A stretch of DNA of 64,000 nucleotides, taken from contig NC_067399.1 of the NCBI RefSeq assembly GCF_016432865.1, positions 232,252,001-232,316,000 on the forward strand. Reading direction: 5' to 3'. A program made the position numbers and the translations under genes. Shown here one piece after another: positions 11,560 through 24,436 of the stretch; position 1 is the stretch's first letter, and the number at the start of each line of letters is the position of its first letter. Under the pieces are notes generated by a model, which was not told where the DNA came from, did no database searches, and saw only the letters and a list, made by a program, of their open reading frames with translations. The DNA is from Antechinus flavipes (taxonomy: Eukaryota).

Positions 11560-12700
11560 GGAATTATAATTGAATACATAACATTGAGTGCTTGCTATGT
11601 GCAGAATAACATGACCCTTGCTCTGGAGGATGAGCGGCACAAACAGTGTTTGCTATGGGAATTCAGACAGAAACATATTGGCTAAGGCAGTCGTAGACTT
11701 ATGGATGTTGAGCGTAAGCTGAACCTTGAATTAATAAGTCTTTATTAATGTGCCTTCACATTTGGGATACAAAACCATAAATGAAACCATATCTGCCTTT
11801 GAGCACTTTACATTCATTTCGAAGAAATGACATGTACCTATGTAAATATGCAGATAATTACTATGAGGTGTCTGGAGGGAGACTATTGACAATGAGGTGG
11901 GGGCCTCAAGCAAAGAGGTGGCATGTGAGTTGAGTTTTGAAGAGAAATGGGGATTCTAAGAGAGAGCATTGAGGATATATATTCCAGGTATAAAGCCTGG
12001 CCTTTGCAAAAGCACCAGCATAAGATATGGAATGTTGTGTGTGTGATGAACAGCAAGATGATCAGTTTGCCTGGATTGGAGAGGGCGTAACTGGGGCAGA
12101 ATTAATAACACCGGAAGAGAGATTGAGGGCAAGTGATAAAGAGCTATAAGTGCTAAACAGAGGAATTCTGTATTTGTTCCTAGAGATAACAAGGTACTAT
12201 TGCTGCAATTTACGAGGAGGAATGACATGGTCCGAACTGTTTTTTAGAAAAGTCACTTAGTCTGGAGGATGGTTTGAAAACAGGAGAGACTAGAATTAGG
12301 GAGATCAATTGGGAAGCTATCATAGTAGTCTTGTTGTGAAGTGATGAGGGTTCTAAGAGTGCAAACAGGTGTTGTGTGAAAACCAAGGCATGAAAACCTG
12401 GCTATGTTGGATGAGGAAAAGTGAGGTGTTAAGTAAGGATGACAGATGCCTAAGTTGTGAACTTGGGAAAAAAAGACTTCCAAAAGAGAATATAGGATTA
12501 GGATTTAGACAGAAAGATGAGACTAAAAGTTATTCAAGGAAGGGAAAACTGACATGAAAAAAAAAATTGGAGTTGTGAATACCCTTAGAGGAGATTTTAC
12601 CTGTTGGAATAAAGGCTTTTGGTGGGACATGGAATTGTAATGAGCAGTGGAAGAAAAGGTTTGATAGATTGGGAGAGAGATAGAATATGAAGGTATCAAA
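11560..12700 (-). mobile_element. Old L2 LINE fragments
   Basis: Purine-rich degenerate sequence with motifs typical of antisense L2. Boundaries approximate. Confidence 0.55.
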
Positions 12701-14169
12701 AATCAGGCAGAAGTATATACATGATATATAGAGAGCCACAGAAATATATTAAGACTTAAGTCAGTAGATAGATGAAACTCCTTGCCTCATTTTGTCCCTT
12801 CTGTATAGAACTGGAGACAGTAAAGCTTATAGTATCTGAAGGTTTCCTTAAACACAACCATTAGCTTTGTTAGGGATAAATAAAATCAGGTGACATTAAA
12901 CCATGAAAACATTTAAACCATAAAACATTCTGAATCATCAGCTGTTATGATGGCATCATCTCATTGCCTGCTGCTCACCTGTCAATTCTTTGCTTTGTAA
13001 TGAAGACATTCTCCTATTACAAATAGGAAAATGACCAAGAACTAGTTCAGATGCCACAGACATGTTTGGTATCTATATTATAATGTGCTTCATGAAGCTT
13101 TTAGGAAACTCAACTACTTAGTAATGTTCACACTTTTAAGATTTATACTTATATTTTGTATCTAGTATCTAGACACTTAATCTCACAGCAACCAAGTGAA
13201 GTTGCTGTCAGCTTTTCTTCCCATTTTACAGGGAAACTAAGATTCAAGAAAAGTGGCTTTTCCAAATTTACATATGGCTAAATAAGTAGTCAAACCTGAA
13301 CCTCTCAACCATGATATTCCAACTTCAAATCCTGGACACTCTCTTCCCTATTCTATGTTACCTCTCAATTTTGCCTCATCCCTGCTACTGAGTAAGCTGT
13401 TGTGAAGTAATGAAAGAGAGGCACTGAAGTTATGTCACTGTGAACAAATGACATTGGTAAGCTGTCCCTTTTGGCTCACAAGAAGCTATGAAACAAAGCT
13501 TTTCTTTGAGAATCAGAATAACAAGCCAATGACAACCAGAGAAGACATGGCTAACCATGAATTCTCCTCCTCAATCCCTTAGTTTGCTAAATCCTGGAGA
13601 AAGTAGATGATGCTTACCTATTGTAGCTTTTAGACAAATGGGGGGAATAAAGACATTAACACAGGGATCAGAAAATAAAGTGCTATGGGAGGTTTAAGAG
13701 TAGAGATTGTTGTTAAATGGAAGATTTCAGGCAAGGCCTTTTGGAGGAGGAGCTTGAATTGGGCTTTGAAAAATGGGTAGAAGTTAACTGGGCAGAGAAA
13801 GATTGTATTCTCTGTAATTGACATTCCATCTGTGGCCTCTGGGCTTTTGTATAAATTGTCCTCTTGCTGTCCCTAGCTCTCTTTGGAATTCAGCTCAGGG
13901 TTGGTTCAGGATCTTCTGATCCTGAAATGTGCTCAATGTCAACCTCTTGCTTCCCTCTCTCCCCCCATCTAAAATTTGGATTTAGATACTTGCATGTATG
14001 TTTTATTCCCTAAATAGGTAGTACATGCCAAGGGTAGGGAACTATTCTATTACTGCTTTTGTGTCCCCAGCATTTGGCATGGTGTCTTGCACATAATAAA
14101 TGCTTATGGAATACAGTAACTGAATTATATAAGCATAGGTAATGTTGTGAGCAAAGGTATGAATGATTA

Positions 14170-15300
14170 GTCCAAATTAGCTAAAATTGTCTATATCTCT
14201 GGATAGCTATCTATCCCTAATTTCTTCTGATCTCTAGATCTGCATCAGTGACCTCCATCAGCATGTGTCATAGACATTATAAATTCATGTTCAAAACAAA
14301 ATTTTCCTCTTAAATCTGCCCTTTTTTACCAAGTTTCTCTGATTCCATCAAAGAGACCACCATCATAGTTACTCAGCTTCATGAACTTGCCTCTTCCTCA
14401 TTCCCCATTATCCAATCATTTACCATGCCAAGATTGTCAGCTCTTTTACCATAACCTTTCTCAGTCATTCCCTCTTATTCACATATCCACCATCCCACTT
14501 CAGGCCATCGTCACTACTTCCCTGGATGTTTATAATAGCCTCCTATTTGGTTTTATTGCTTCTATTCTCACTCTGATCCATTCTTTACACAGCTGTTAAT
14601 AATATTTTTTTATTAAAGCTTTTTATTTTCAAAACATATGGACAGATATTTTTTAAACACTGGACCCTTGTATAGCCTTGTTCCAGATTTTCCCTTCCTT
14701 CCCCCCATCCCCTCCCTAGATGGCAAGCAATCCAGTATATGTTATACATATTAAAATATGTTAAATCCAATATATATAAACATATTTATACAATTATCTT
14801 GCTGCATAAGAAAAATCAGATGAAAAAGGAAAGGAAATGAGTAAGGAAAAAAAATGCAAGTGAACAGCAAAAAAAGTAAGAATGGTATGTTGTGATTCTC
14901 ATTTCCCACAGTCCTCTCTCTGGGTGTATGGCTTTATCACTAAACATTTGGAACTGGTTTGAATCATCTCATTGTTGAAGAGAGCCACTTCCATCAGAAT
15001 TGATCATCATATAGTCTTGTTGCCATGTATAATGATCTTCTGGTCCTGCTTGTTTCACTTAGCATCAGTTCATGTAAGTCTCTCTAGGCCTCTCTAAAAT
15101 CATCCTGCTGATTGTTTCATGTAGAACAATAATATTCCATAACACAGAATAATATTCCTAAAGCCCAAACCCAATCATGTCAGTCCCCTACTCTAAAACC
15201 TTTTTTAGCTCCCTATGACTTTTCAGATAAAAAAGCCTAGCATTTGAGTCTAGCTTTTGAGCCTTATTATTATTGAGCCTCTTATGGTCTGGCTAAACTG
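14170..15300 (+). mobile_element. L2 fragment interrupted by an L1 insertion
   Basis: L2-like pyrimidine-rich sequence stops near 14597 and resumes near 15150. Confidence 0.55.
14607..15147 (-). mobile_element. L1 3' fragment nested in L2
   Basis: Same L1 3' region as 1-320 (ctcattgttgaagagagccac...catcctgctg). T-rich tail near 14605; possible 9-bp TSD aataatatt at 14598 and 15148. Confidence 0.75.
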
Positions 15301-17000
15301 GGCTCTACTAGCTACTCCTCCATTTCGTTCCCACACTCAAAAATATTGTTTCTTCTCTTTTCAATCATATCTGACTCTATAACATTTTCTTGGTAAAGAT
15401 ACTAGAGTGATCTGCCATTTCCTTCTCCGGTTCATTTTACAGATGAGAAAACTGAGGCAAAGGGGATTAAATGAGTTGTCTAGGGGTCACACAGCTAATA
15501 GGAGACTCTAGATCTAACACTTTATCCTCTGTGCCATTTAAGTGCCCCAAATATTAGTATTCCTACTTTACAAGGAAGGAAACTGAGCTTCACAGAAATC
15601 ATAAGATGATTGGATTTATATCTGATGACTTGGTGCTGGTCTCATCAGCAAATGTTAAAATTCAAATGCACATCTTCTGACTCACAGACATCTTTGCTAG
15701 GAAGATATATAGAAGAACTAGGAAATGCTATCCAATTAAAGAGATAAGTTCTTTGGATTTAATCTAAAGTGGCTTTAGAAGACCATATTATTTAATACCT
15801 TCATTTTACAGTAAGAGGGAAACTGGGGCTCACAGAGGTGTGACACAGACTTATTCAAAATCATCTGGGTTTTTAAGGAGCAGTTAGGGATTTAAATCTG
15901 TGCCTCCTGCCTTCAGATCAAGAATTCTTCCTCCATGATCTTCTGCACTGCACTTAACCTGGTTAGAGTATAAAGAAGTAGAATTTGTTGATTACTGTAT
16001 GGTCAGGCATCTTTGTATTATGAAAAGAATGCTAGATTTAAAGAGTTTAGATACCTGCATTTATGTTCTGCCTCAGATTAGTCACTGAACCTCTCAAAGC
16101 CTCATTCTTCATCTGCAAAATGAAGCTATTCCTTATGCTGTCCATTTCATAGTTGTAACAAGAGTGCTGTACAAACCTTAAAGTGTTAAAAAAAAAAAAA
16201 AATAGGATTTTTTGGCAGCTGGGATGATCTGGATGTGAGGAACATAAATATGATAACATAGACATTGGCACTTTCATTTTTTTTCTGAGAAAACAGCAAC
16301 TGAGAACAATAATATTCCTTGCCATCACCATCCCACCCTAGGTATGTCACATGGGGGGCACAGTTGGAAGCTGCAATTTGGTGTCCCTGGTACAAAGGCT
16401 TCTGCCAAGTTTCATCAATGGGACAGTTGGTAGATCACCAGTCATGCCACAAGTGAGCTGGTAGCAAGAATAGAGCCCAAGTTTTATCTCCTCAGTCCCA
16501 GACCATTTAGCTTATGTAATTATAAAACCTATATCTAAGAGCCTTAAGGAATTTGTGACCTTCCTCAGATGTGATTACCAGTATCTGGCTAAGATTCAGG
16601 AACTACCTTGCATCACCATATAATCATTTTTTTAACCTAAGATTTGTTTGGTTTGTATTCTACTTTTTTTCTTCTCTCCCCCTCAAAATACAAAACTAGA
16701 TATGGGGTGTGTACAGTCATTTAGAGTTGTAAGATGTGGTGTGGTAAAAAAAAAAAAAATAGCAACCTTACACTTGGAAAACCTGGCTTCCAGTTCTGGC
16801 TCTATCCCTTACCCTCTGTGGGAGTGGGTCTGGGTTTTTTCATCTCTAAAGGTAGTTGAATTAGAAGAGTTTAGATCCCTAAAATTCCAGCAAAACTGAA
16901 GCTGCATGATGATACTCTTTTTTTTTTAAATTTTGACTTTGTATCGAACATATAGAGAAACACTTAATAAATGCTTGTTTCATTTAACTGAATCAATGAG

Positions 17001-17006
17001 TTTATT
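17001..17006 (-). terminator. Candidate distal TTPAL polyadenylation signal (AATAAA)
   Basis: Plus-strand tttatt, preceded on the minus strand by AU-rich sequence (17100-17200) typical of 3' UTR ends. Confidence 0.35.
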
Positions 17007-18056
17007 CGAAATAGAATATTAGAGCCATTTAAATTTCAACTCATGTCACCAAATTAACGCCTCCACACGCACTCAACCCAAGATAGATTTTTAATTGTGT
17101 AAGATCCAGTCATGCATAACAAAACAACACATTTTCACCATACCATGTTATAAAATGCATTATAAAAATAAATATCTTGTCAAAATAAACACGGAATTAG
17201 ACTCAATCCACCTCCAGGTGCACACTTATCCCCACAGAGTCTCAGTTTCAAAGAAAGAATGACAAATGACTGAACTTATGCCCAAAACTGGCTAAAGAAT
17301 ATAAGCTAGAACTCTGGCCACATCAAAAGCAGAGGCTGCACTGTCAGGGTCTAAGCCATGGCATAGATTCAAATACTCCAACTGCAGAACTGGTCTGCTT
17401 TTCCTCTTCCTGCCTCCCCCCAGCCTCATTTTTACCAAACAGGCTTAACCCCAAGCAGCCACTGACTTTGTGCCCAAGGAAACAATTATGCTTGCTTATA
17501 TTTAAAAAAAAAAAAAAAAGAAAAGAAAAATAACAAACTAAATGCTTATTTAACAAACAAGCAAGCAACAGTTACTGAGTTATTGCCCTCATATTAGTGA
17601 AAGGTCCTTCAAGAAATATTTGTGTGACCAAAACCATTTTGGTCTTTTTTCTAAAACCATGTGACATGGTAGTGACATGATTAATATCTGTTGCAGCATA
17701 CATTCCCTTTGGATCACACGTTTGAAAAGAAACCTTTGGTTTACCAATTCAGTATAAATCTTTTCAATCCTGGCTTCCCTCAGAATAAGCAATTGTGCAT
17801 GGAGAAGGGACTCACAAAACCTCAGAGCCTGATGGAGCTTTAGAATACAACAAGGATATTAGGACAGAAAGGAAAGCTAGCACGGAGATTATCCAAAGTG
17901 GAAGAAACCTTCAAGACCAACTAATCCAGCTTTATTCTGTAGCTAAAGAAATTAAACACAGACAGGAGAATGAAGTGCCATAAATCACCCAGCTAGTCAC
18001 AAGGCTAGAACTAGAACTCGAGTCTTTTCACTCTCCATAATAGGGTTCTTTCTACT

Positions 18057-18080
18057 GTAGTAGTAGTAGTAGTAGTAGTA
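18057..18080 (+). repeat. (TAG)n microsatellite
   Basis: About 8 units. The flanks repeat aatagggttc(t/c)ttc(t/g)actgta. Confidence 0.9.
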
Positions 18081-21000
18081 ATAGGGTTCCTTCGACTGTA
18101 ATAGACTCAGGATTTCATCTTTCCTACTCAGAATAATCCTTGTTTTCCTTTATTTCATATTAGCATACTACTCAATGACCAAAGGAGCAACCACACCACA
18201 ATCAGTAGTTTAAAAGGTCTTTCACTCCTTTTTAAGCAAGAAATTAAAAAATGATGCAAGTTTGAAACATAAACATGAGGAGGTACTAGAGAATGTTTCC
18301 TTCTAGCTGCCAGGGGTGGAAAGATGGTGAGCTACCCACAATTCATCTGAAAATAAAACAGGGCAATTCAGAAACCACTAAAAGGTTTAGAATCAAATGG
18401 GACCATACACACAGCTGTCCTATCCTACCAATATTGTCACTGACAAGGGACCTGACACTCATCTGAGATGTTTTACATGCCTGCCTCCCAGGACAACTGA
18501 CTTCTGATGAGTGTTGGATAAACTACCAGAGATCTTAAGTTTTCTTGGAGTTATGAAGGAACAAGTTTTTGTCTTTCCTAAGCTGATTTGCCAACAGGTG
18601 TCAAGGAAGAAATGCTCACCAACAATTAGATATTTGTTTAAAAAAACAAAACAAAACCACATAATTTTCAGCTAAGAAAGGTTCATATTAGAGCATCTAG
18701 TCAAATCCCCTTATTTTACAAAGGAAGAAACTCTGGCTTAAAGAGGGAAAAATGTTTGATTTAGGTCATAGGATTCAAATCCAAATCTTCTAATTATAAA
18801 CCCAAAGCTTTTTTCTTATTAAAACAAAGCTCCCTCTTTCACTTTCTTTTAAAACTCCTAGTTTGTCCCTAACAAAGGCCCAAGATGGACTCAGGAGGGA
18901 ACTGCAGTATTCTAGAATTCTAACCTAGGAGAAATTTTTTTAAAAAATCAAATTAATTTGAATGAGCCAATTAATAAAGAGCACATTCTCTAAATATAAC
19001 TGTTGATCATAAAGTCACAGACTTTAGAGATTAAATAAGCCTTGGGAAATAATTTTCTTTTTACAAATGGGGCAACTGAGACCCAAATTGTGCGTAATGG
19101 CATCAAGGGTGAGAGATACCTTAAGAATGTTGTTCTTCTAGTAGTCAGGCCAAAGAAGTGGTACAATATAGGGATAAAATGGCTTCAGAAATTTGTAAAA
19201 TTGGCTAGGACTTTTCCTCAAAGGGAGAGACAAAAAGCAACTACTCCCATGCAGCTGTGACAGTTGGAATTCTCACTTCTACAAGCCACGATAAGTCTGG
19301 TTTATGGCACAATCTGCTTTGCATACTAACATCACTTCTTGTTGGTAGTACAGGTCACTTCACATCAAAGCCAATGGAAAAAACCTGACTCATAATTGCC
19401 TTTTGCTATTCCTATTCACTGCCAGTAAAGAACTACTTCAATTGCCCCAATAAGACAGCGTATAGGGACTACCTAGGCTCTCATCCAAGTGAGTTCCCCA
19501 CTCATCATCCTTGCACAAACCTGCTGAAATATCTAGTGATCAGATATCCCAAAATCACAACCTTCCAAGAAAGAATATTACAACCTTGGTTCCATCATAT
19601 CAAGGGTACTCATGGAGAAGATTTGCAACATGACCTGGTCCTTATGTAGATTTTCTAGATTTACTAGATCATTCATATTTAAAGTTATGAACAAACAATG
19701 CTGAATAATTCAAAAGGCTAACTCACTAAAGCCACTAATACTCAGGAACTTTGGACCATGGAAATTTTTTTCTATTTTTCTACTTACCTCTTCTGCTTCC
19801 TTCCAGTGACCAGAAGATCTAATTTCCTCTGACTTTTGTCAGATTTTCAACTTTCCTCTGTTAATCCTACTTTTTATTGCTGTTCTATGTGTCTTAATCT
19901 TTACCTTGTTCCAAACCTAGATCCAACAGGCCTGATGGAAACTTGTCCCTCCCTTCAGAAACAGTTTTTCACTTCTGAGGCTTCCCGGATGAAAATCTTT
20001 GTTTTTCCATTTTTGGTGATTTGAGAGACACTGCCATTATCATTTTGGCACTTAAAACATGTAATGTCTCTTAGCTCTTTCCTAGACAACATGATGTTAA
20101 TCTATAGGGAGATAAGGTTTCCCTAATTGAGAATTGGCACCAAGGAGGTAAAGTAAATGGAATTTCAACAGAAAAAACAAAAAAACAAAAAACCCTGTCA
20201 AGTAAGTGCTTTTAAGAAAGAATTATATAGATGAACTACCTGGTAGTAAAAGTATAAACAAATGGCTTCAGCATGTCTTAATTGCTCTGCTTTTAGAGAA
20301 TTAATTGTATGCCTTGCTCTTGGTTTTGCAGCACATTAAAATAAATGTGGAGAAGAGGCACATAAAGGATAAAACTACAATTTAAAACCATCTTGTATAT
20401 GCAATAAACCAGACATAAACCAGATCTAAAAAGACATCAAATCTCATTTTGACTAGGGTTTAGGGCAAAGGCGAATCTTGACAGTGAAGATGTAAAGTGC
20501 TGAAACTCCCAGTCCATCTTTAGAAATGGCTGACCTGACTATAACTGGCACATTATAAGGGCTCAACCTGGAACAGAGGAGTGGAGTGGCAAAGCAGCTC
20601 AGGAATGCTAATGAACAGATATAAATCATAATTACAGACAGAAAGCTTGCAGGAAATCTCAAAAATATATGTGCTTTTTAAAAACATTCTATTTCCATTT
20701 GTTTCCCCAAACTCTGAATTTTTACTCAGAAAAACTCACTGGATTCACAAAATATAGGTCACTAAAACTAATCTTTAGCAAAGATTTCAGTGAATAAAAG
20801 GCTGGCATACAGGCAGTGTGGGAATTCTCCCTAGTGATGCCTACCTACAAAGATGACAAGATCTCCTTAGTCTTGTGTAGCTGTGCATCTTCAGTAGTTG
20901 GAAAGGGATAAGAACTAGGCCTGGAATTTCACAGGGAACTCCAAGGTGAGCAAACTTCCTCTACAACTACAAGTCACACCTTCTCTGTAACTGTAGTCTT

Positions 21001-22364
21001 AGAGCTGACTAGAGCACTGACAGGTTAAATGGTCTGCCCAGAGTCAAACACCCAGGATGTGTTGGAACCCAGGTGGTCTTGTCTCTGAGTCCAACTCTGT
21101 CCACTACACTGTAACTTCCATCTGCAAGTAGAAAACTGATGTATGATACAGTCCAATAATTAAACTGAGTTCCACAATTTTATAGTTAAAAAGAATTTTG
21201 AAATCCACAGAGGTTAAGCTCCACAATGAATTAGTGACAGAAATGGGACCAGATGGCAGGGCTGCCTGGTGCTCTTTCTATTATACTACATTGAAATCTG
21301 GTGATTTTCTATCTATTAAAACAGTATCCTTCCACAGCCATGCCATATTGTTTATCTTCCCAAAATGATAAAGAATGAGAGATGAGACCTTTAGGATTAC
21401 TAGAAAAATGGGATCACTTCAGCAGGAATCTCCAAGAGATCACAACATCTTTAGCTTCTGAATACTGAAAGGAAAGTGCCCTGAGGCCTTTAGACTGCAG
21501 CAAGAACCATATTAAGGTTTAAAAAAGGGAACAGATGATGAATTAGCAGCTCCTGACCACACTGAGGACAGAAGTAGGAGTGCAAGGAAAGTGATCTTTA
21601 AGTATAGATTGTTGTGAAACCAGACATGAGGATCCCCTCCGTGATCTTCATAATCTTCCTAGCAATCTTCACTGCAACAGAATAAGCTCGCCTGTCACAA
21701 GCTGATTTCTCCAAGACAGTAGATCTCTCTTATTCTTGGACTGCCCCCTACTGGATTTCTTTTTGCAAAGCTCGGAGATTCCCCAAGTCCTCACTGGGTT
21801 CTCAAAGCCAATGTTGAGTGGATAGATGCGAGTTGGTCCCATCAAGATGGAAGGATTTTAAATACAGCCCAAGCAATAGATTAGACTTGCTACTCAATGA
21901 CCAGAACAACTAAGTACAGAAAGGTTCATCATCAGTGGGAGATTGCTTTTGCCTCAGAAGCTCCTGAAATTTTCTATCAAAGCATGGGAGAGTTGAAATC
22001 TGTTTTGGGAAAGGAAATACCCAAACTAATAGAAATTACAGGAATATATCTTGAAAGCACAGCTATCAGATTTGAAAGTGGGGTTCACGAAACTCGATCA
22101 CTGGCAAGGTGTTTTCAAGGAGCTTAAAGGTATTACAAAGGTCTATCTTAAGACATTCTCAAGCAACTTACCTACTGTTACCTTCTGTACTACATCTTTA
22201 TTTTAAAGCTGATCATGACTTCACCAGGCTTAAATTCTATCCTGTTAGTTCAATTATATGGAAAGGGTCAAACTCATGGAACTTATTCTCCTTTTATGCT
22301 TTAGGAGGGAGAAAGAAATTACTTAATGGCTGCAATATATGTAGAAAACTATGTGACTTCTTGG

Positions 22365-22643
22365 TTAATAGCAGGAGTACAGCTGTGACTTTACTCCCCG
22401 AATGGAGTCATCTCCTTGAACCTCAGAAGTTATTCTCTCCACCAGTGGGGTCTCCTGGAGGAGGCTACTGCTGGGAGGGAGAGGCCTACAAAACTCCTTT
22501 ACAAAGTCTTCCTCCGAAGCCAGCAGCACCTCCTTCCAGCCATTTGCATCCAGCTCTCCAGCAGTGCCTCCATACTCCTGGGGAAGGATACTTTTTGGAA
22601 GGTTCAGGTGTAGAGAATTCAAGTCTGATCCATGGAGGAAAAA
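22365..22643 (-). CDS. TTPAL: Alpha-tocopherol transfer protein-like, last coding exon, 279 bp
   Basis: tttcag|TTTTTC...TAA; encodes FFLHGSDLNSLHLNLPKSILPQEYGGTAGEL...KSQLYSCY*. Confidence 0.97.
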   Translation of the reverse strand, partial: FFLHGSDLNSLHLNLPKSILPQEYGGTAGELDANGWKEVLLASEEDFVKEFCRPLPPSSSLLQETPLVERITSEVQGDDSIRGVKSQLYSCY

Positions 22644-24325
22644 CTGAAAGGAAACAAACAGGGAACAATCCATGTGTAAAGATGTTAGGACAGAGCTGAA
22701 TTTCCACCTGCTGCTAACAAAACTCCACCAAGGGTAATGAGTGTCAGTGAATAAGAGTAGTACACATTTCACAGCCTTTTATTTATATTAATATACTTTA
22801 CGTATATTATCCTACATAATACATATATACATCTTATACACATATCCTCTACATCATCCTATACATACAAAAACTTTTCCATCCTGGAAGGTAAGCAGGA
22901 CAGGGGTTATCATAATCATTTTACAAATGAGGAAACTGAGTCTCAAGGAGCAGAAGTAATCATATAGCTAGCAAGTGGTAGAGTCAAGAATTTAAGACCT
23001 ATGTCTCCTAATCTCAGGTCTAGTTCCTTTCTGACAATACCATGTAAAAACACTTGTGTAACTGGCCCCAAAGTTGGCCTTAGCAATAGCAGGGTCCTAG
23101 ATTGGCGATTTCCTGTGGCAACACAATATAAAAGCTAACTTTTTCCCAGAGAACAAAACCAGAAAGAAAAAAGGCAAGTGGGGAAGAAATCTTCAGTTCT
23201 ATAGTTCTAGTTTCTGAAACAAAGTCCAGACAACTATAATAGCCATTAATAATTGGGTAAATAACTTTTTTGAAAATCATTCATAGAGCATATTTATGAC
23301 TAAAAGTTCTATTTAATAAGAAATTATTTTAAGTCACTTTTCTACTTATTGTGGGGCCCTCTGATCTAACATTTTAGATAAAAATCAAGATATTTAAAAA
23401 TAATTAAGACCCGAAGTAGTGCCAGCTTTCAAGGTAAATTCTTAACTTTCTGAAACCAAGATTCACTAAAGGTCAGAGATGGAAGGGGTCTTAAACTCAG
23501 AATGTAAGAGCTGAGTAAGAGCTTATAAATTATGTTGGCCAATCTCTTCATGTAATAGAGGAGGAAATTAAAATTGAAGAGATCTACAGAAGGGATTAGA
23601 GGTCATTAAGTTCTACTCTCCAGCTGAAGCTGAGGCAGAAATATAAGTTCACAGGGCCAAAAGGGAACAGAAGGTGGGCTAGCCACTGTCTCCATACTGT
23701 TAACCTTTATGAATTTCCTTTTATTCCCAGAAGATTGGTTCATTTGTTACATTTAGAGAATAGAGAATTTAGAGCCTCAGAATCACAGAATGACAGAGAA
23801 GGATTCTAGAAGGGCATAGAGGCTAAACTCCTCATTTTAAGGAGAAAGTTCTCAATTTACATCTCCACAGTTAGTCTGCCCTGACATACAAACAAGCTTA
23901 ACATTTACTCATCTTTTCAAAAATAAGACATTGGGGGGAAAATAGGGGACTCTATAAGATAAAAACAAACTTTTAACAGTTTATATTAAAAATTGATAAT
24001 AAATAAATCACATATTATCACTACACAAAATATAATGTATTATAATAAAATTTATATTAAGCTTTATTTTAAAAATGTTTATATTAATGTATTTTTTACA
24101 TCACCTACATTTCCCAGTGCATTCCCTCTTCCTCCCCCTCCCAAAGAGCCATCCCCTATAGAAAAGGAAACAAAAAAAAGGAAAAAATTAAGCAAAACTA
24201 ACAAATTGGAAAAAGCCTGATATTATCCATAGTGCTACAAACCTGTAGTCCTGAACTTCTTCAAAGAGAAAAAGAAAAAGGACATTTAAAGCTGCCATTG
24301 ACAGGAAAAGAAGTAAGTCACTTAC

Positions 24326-24436
24326 TCTATTTGCTATTTTCTCCTTCAGAAATGGTTTTATGATAGCAAAAATGCCTTTGAATATTCGAGGTTCATTTAC
24401 AATATTGACAGCTTTTATTCTAATGGGAAACCCATC
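24326..24436 (-). CDS. TTPAL: TTPAL coding exon 3, 111 bp
   Basis: ccacag|GAT...AGA|gtaagt; encodes DGFPIRIKAVNIVNEPRIFKGIFAIIKPFLKEKIANR. Confidence 0.97.

Noticed and set aside
21626-21685. Small ORF MRIPSVIFIIFLAIFTATE resembling a signal peptide
   Set aside because: It is only 19 codons with no splice or promoter support, which is expected by chance.
22109-22699. 196-aa plus-strand ORF
   Set aside because: It is the antisense shadow of the last TTPAL exon and has no recognisable domain.
23220-23228. Isolated HNF4-type motif CAAAGTCCA in a TTPAL intron
   Set aside because: It is a single short match with a poor upstream half-site and no neighbouring motifs.
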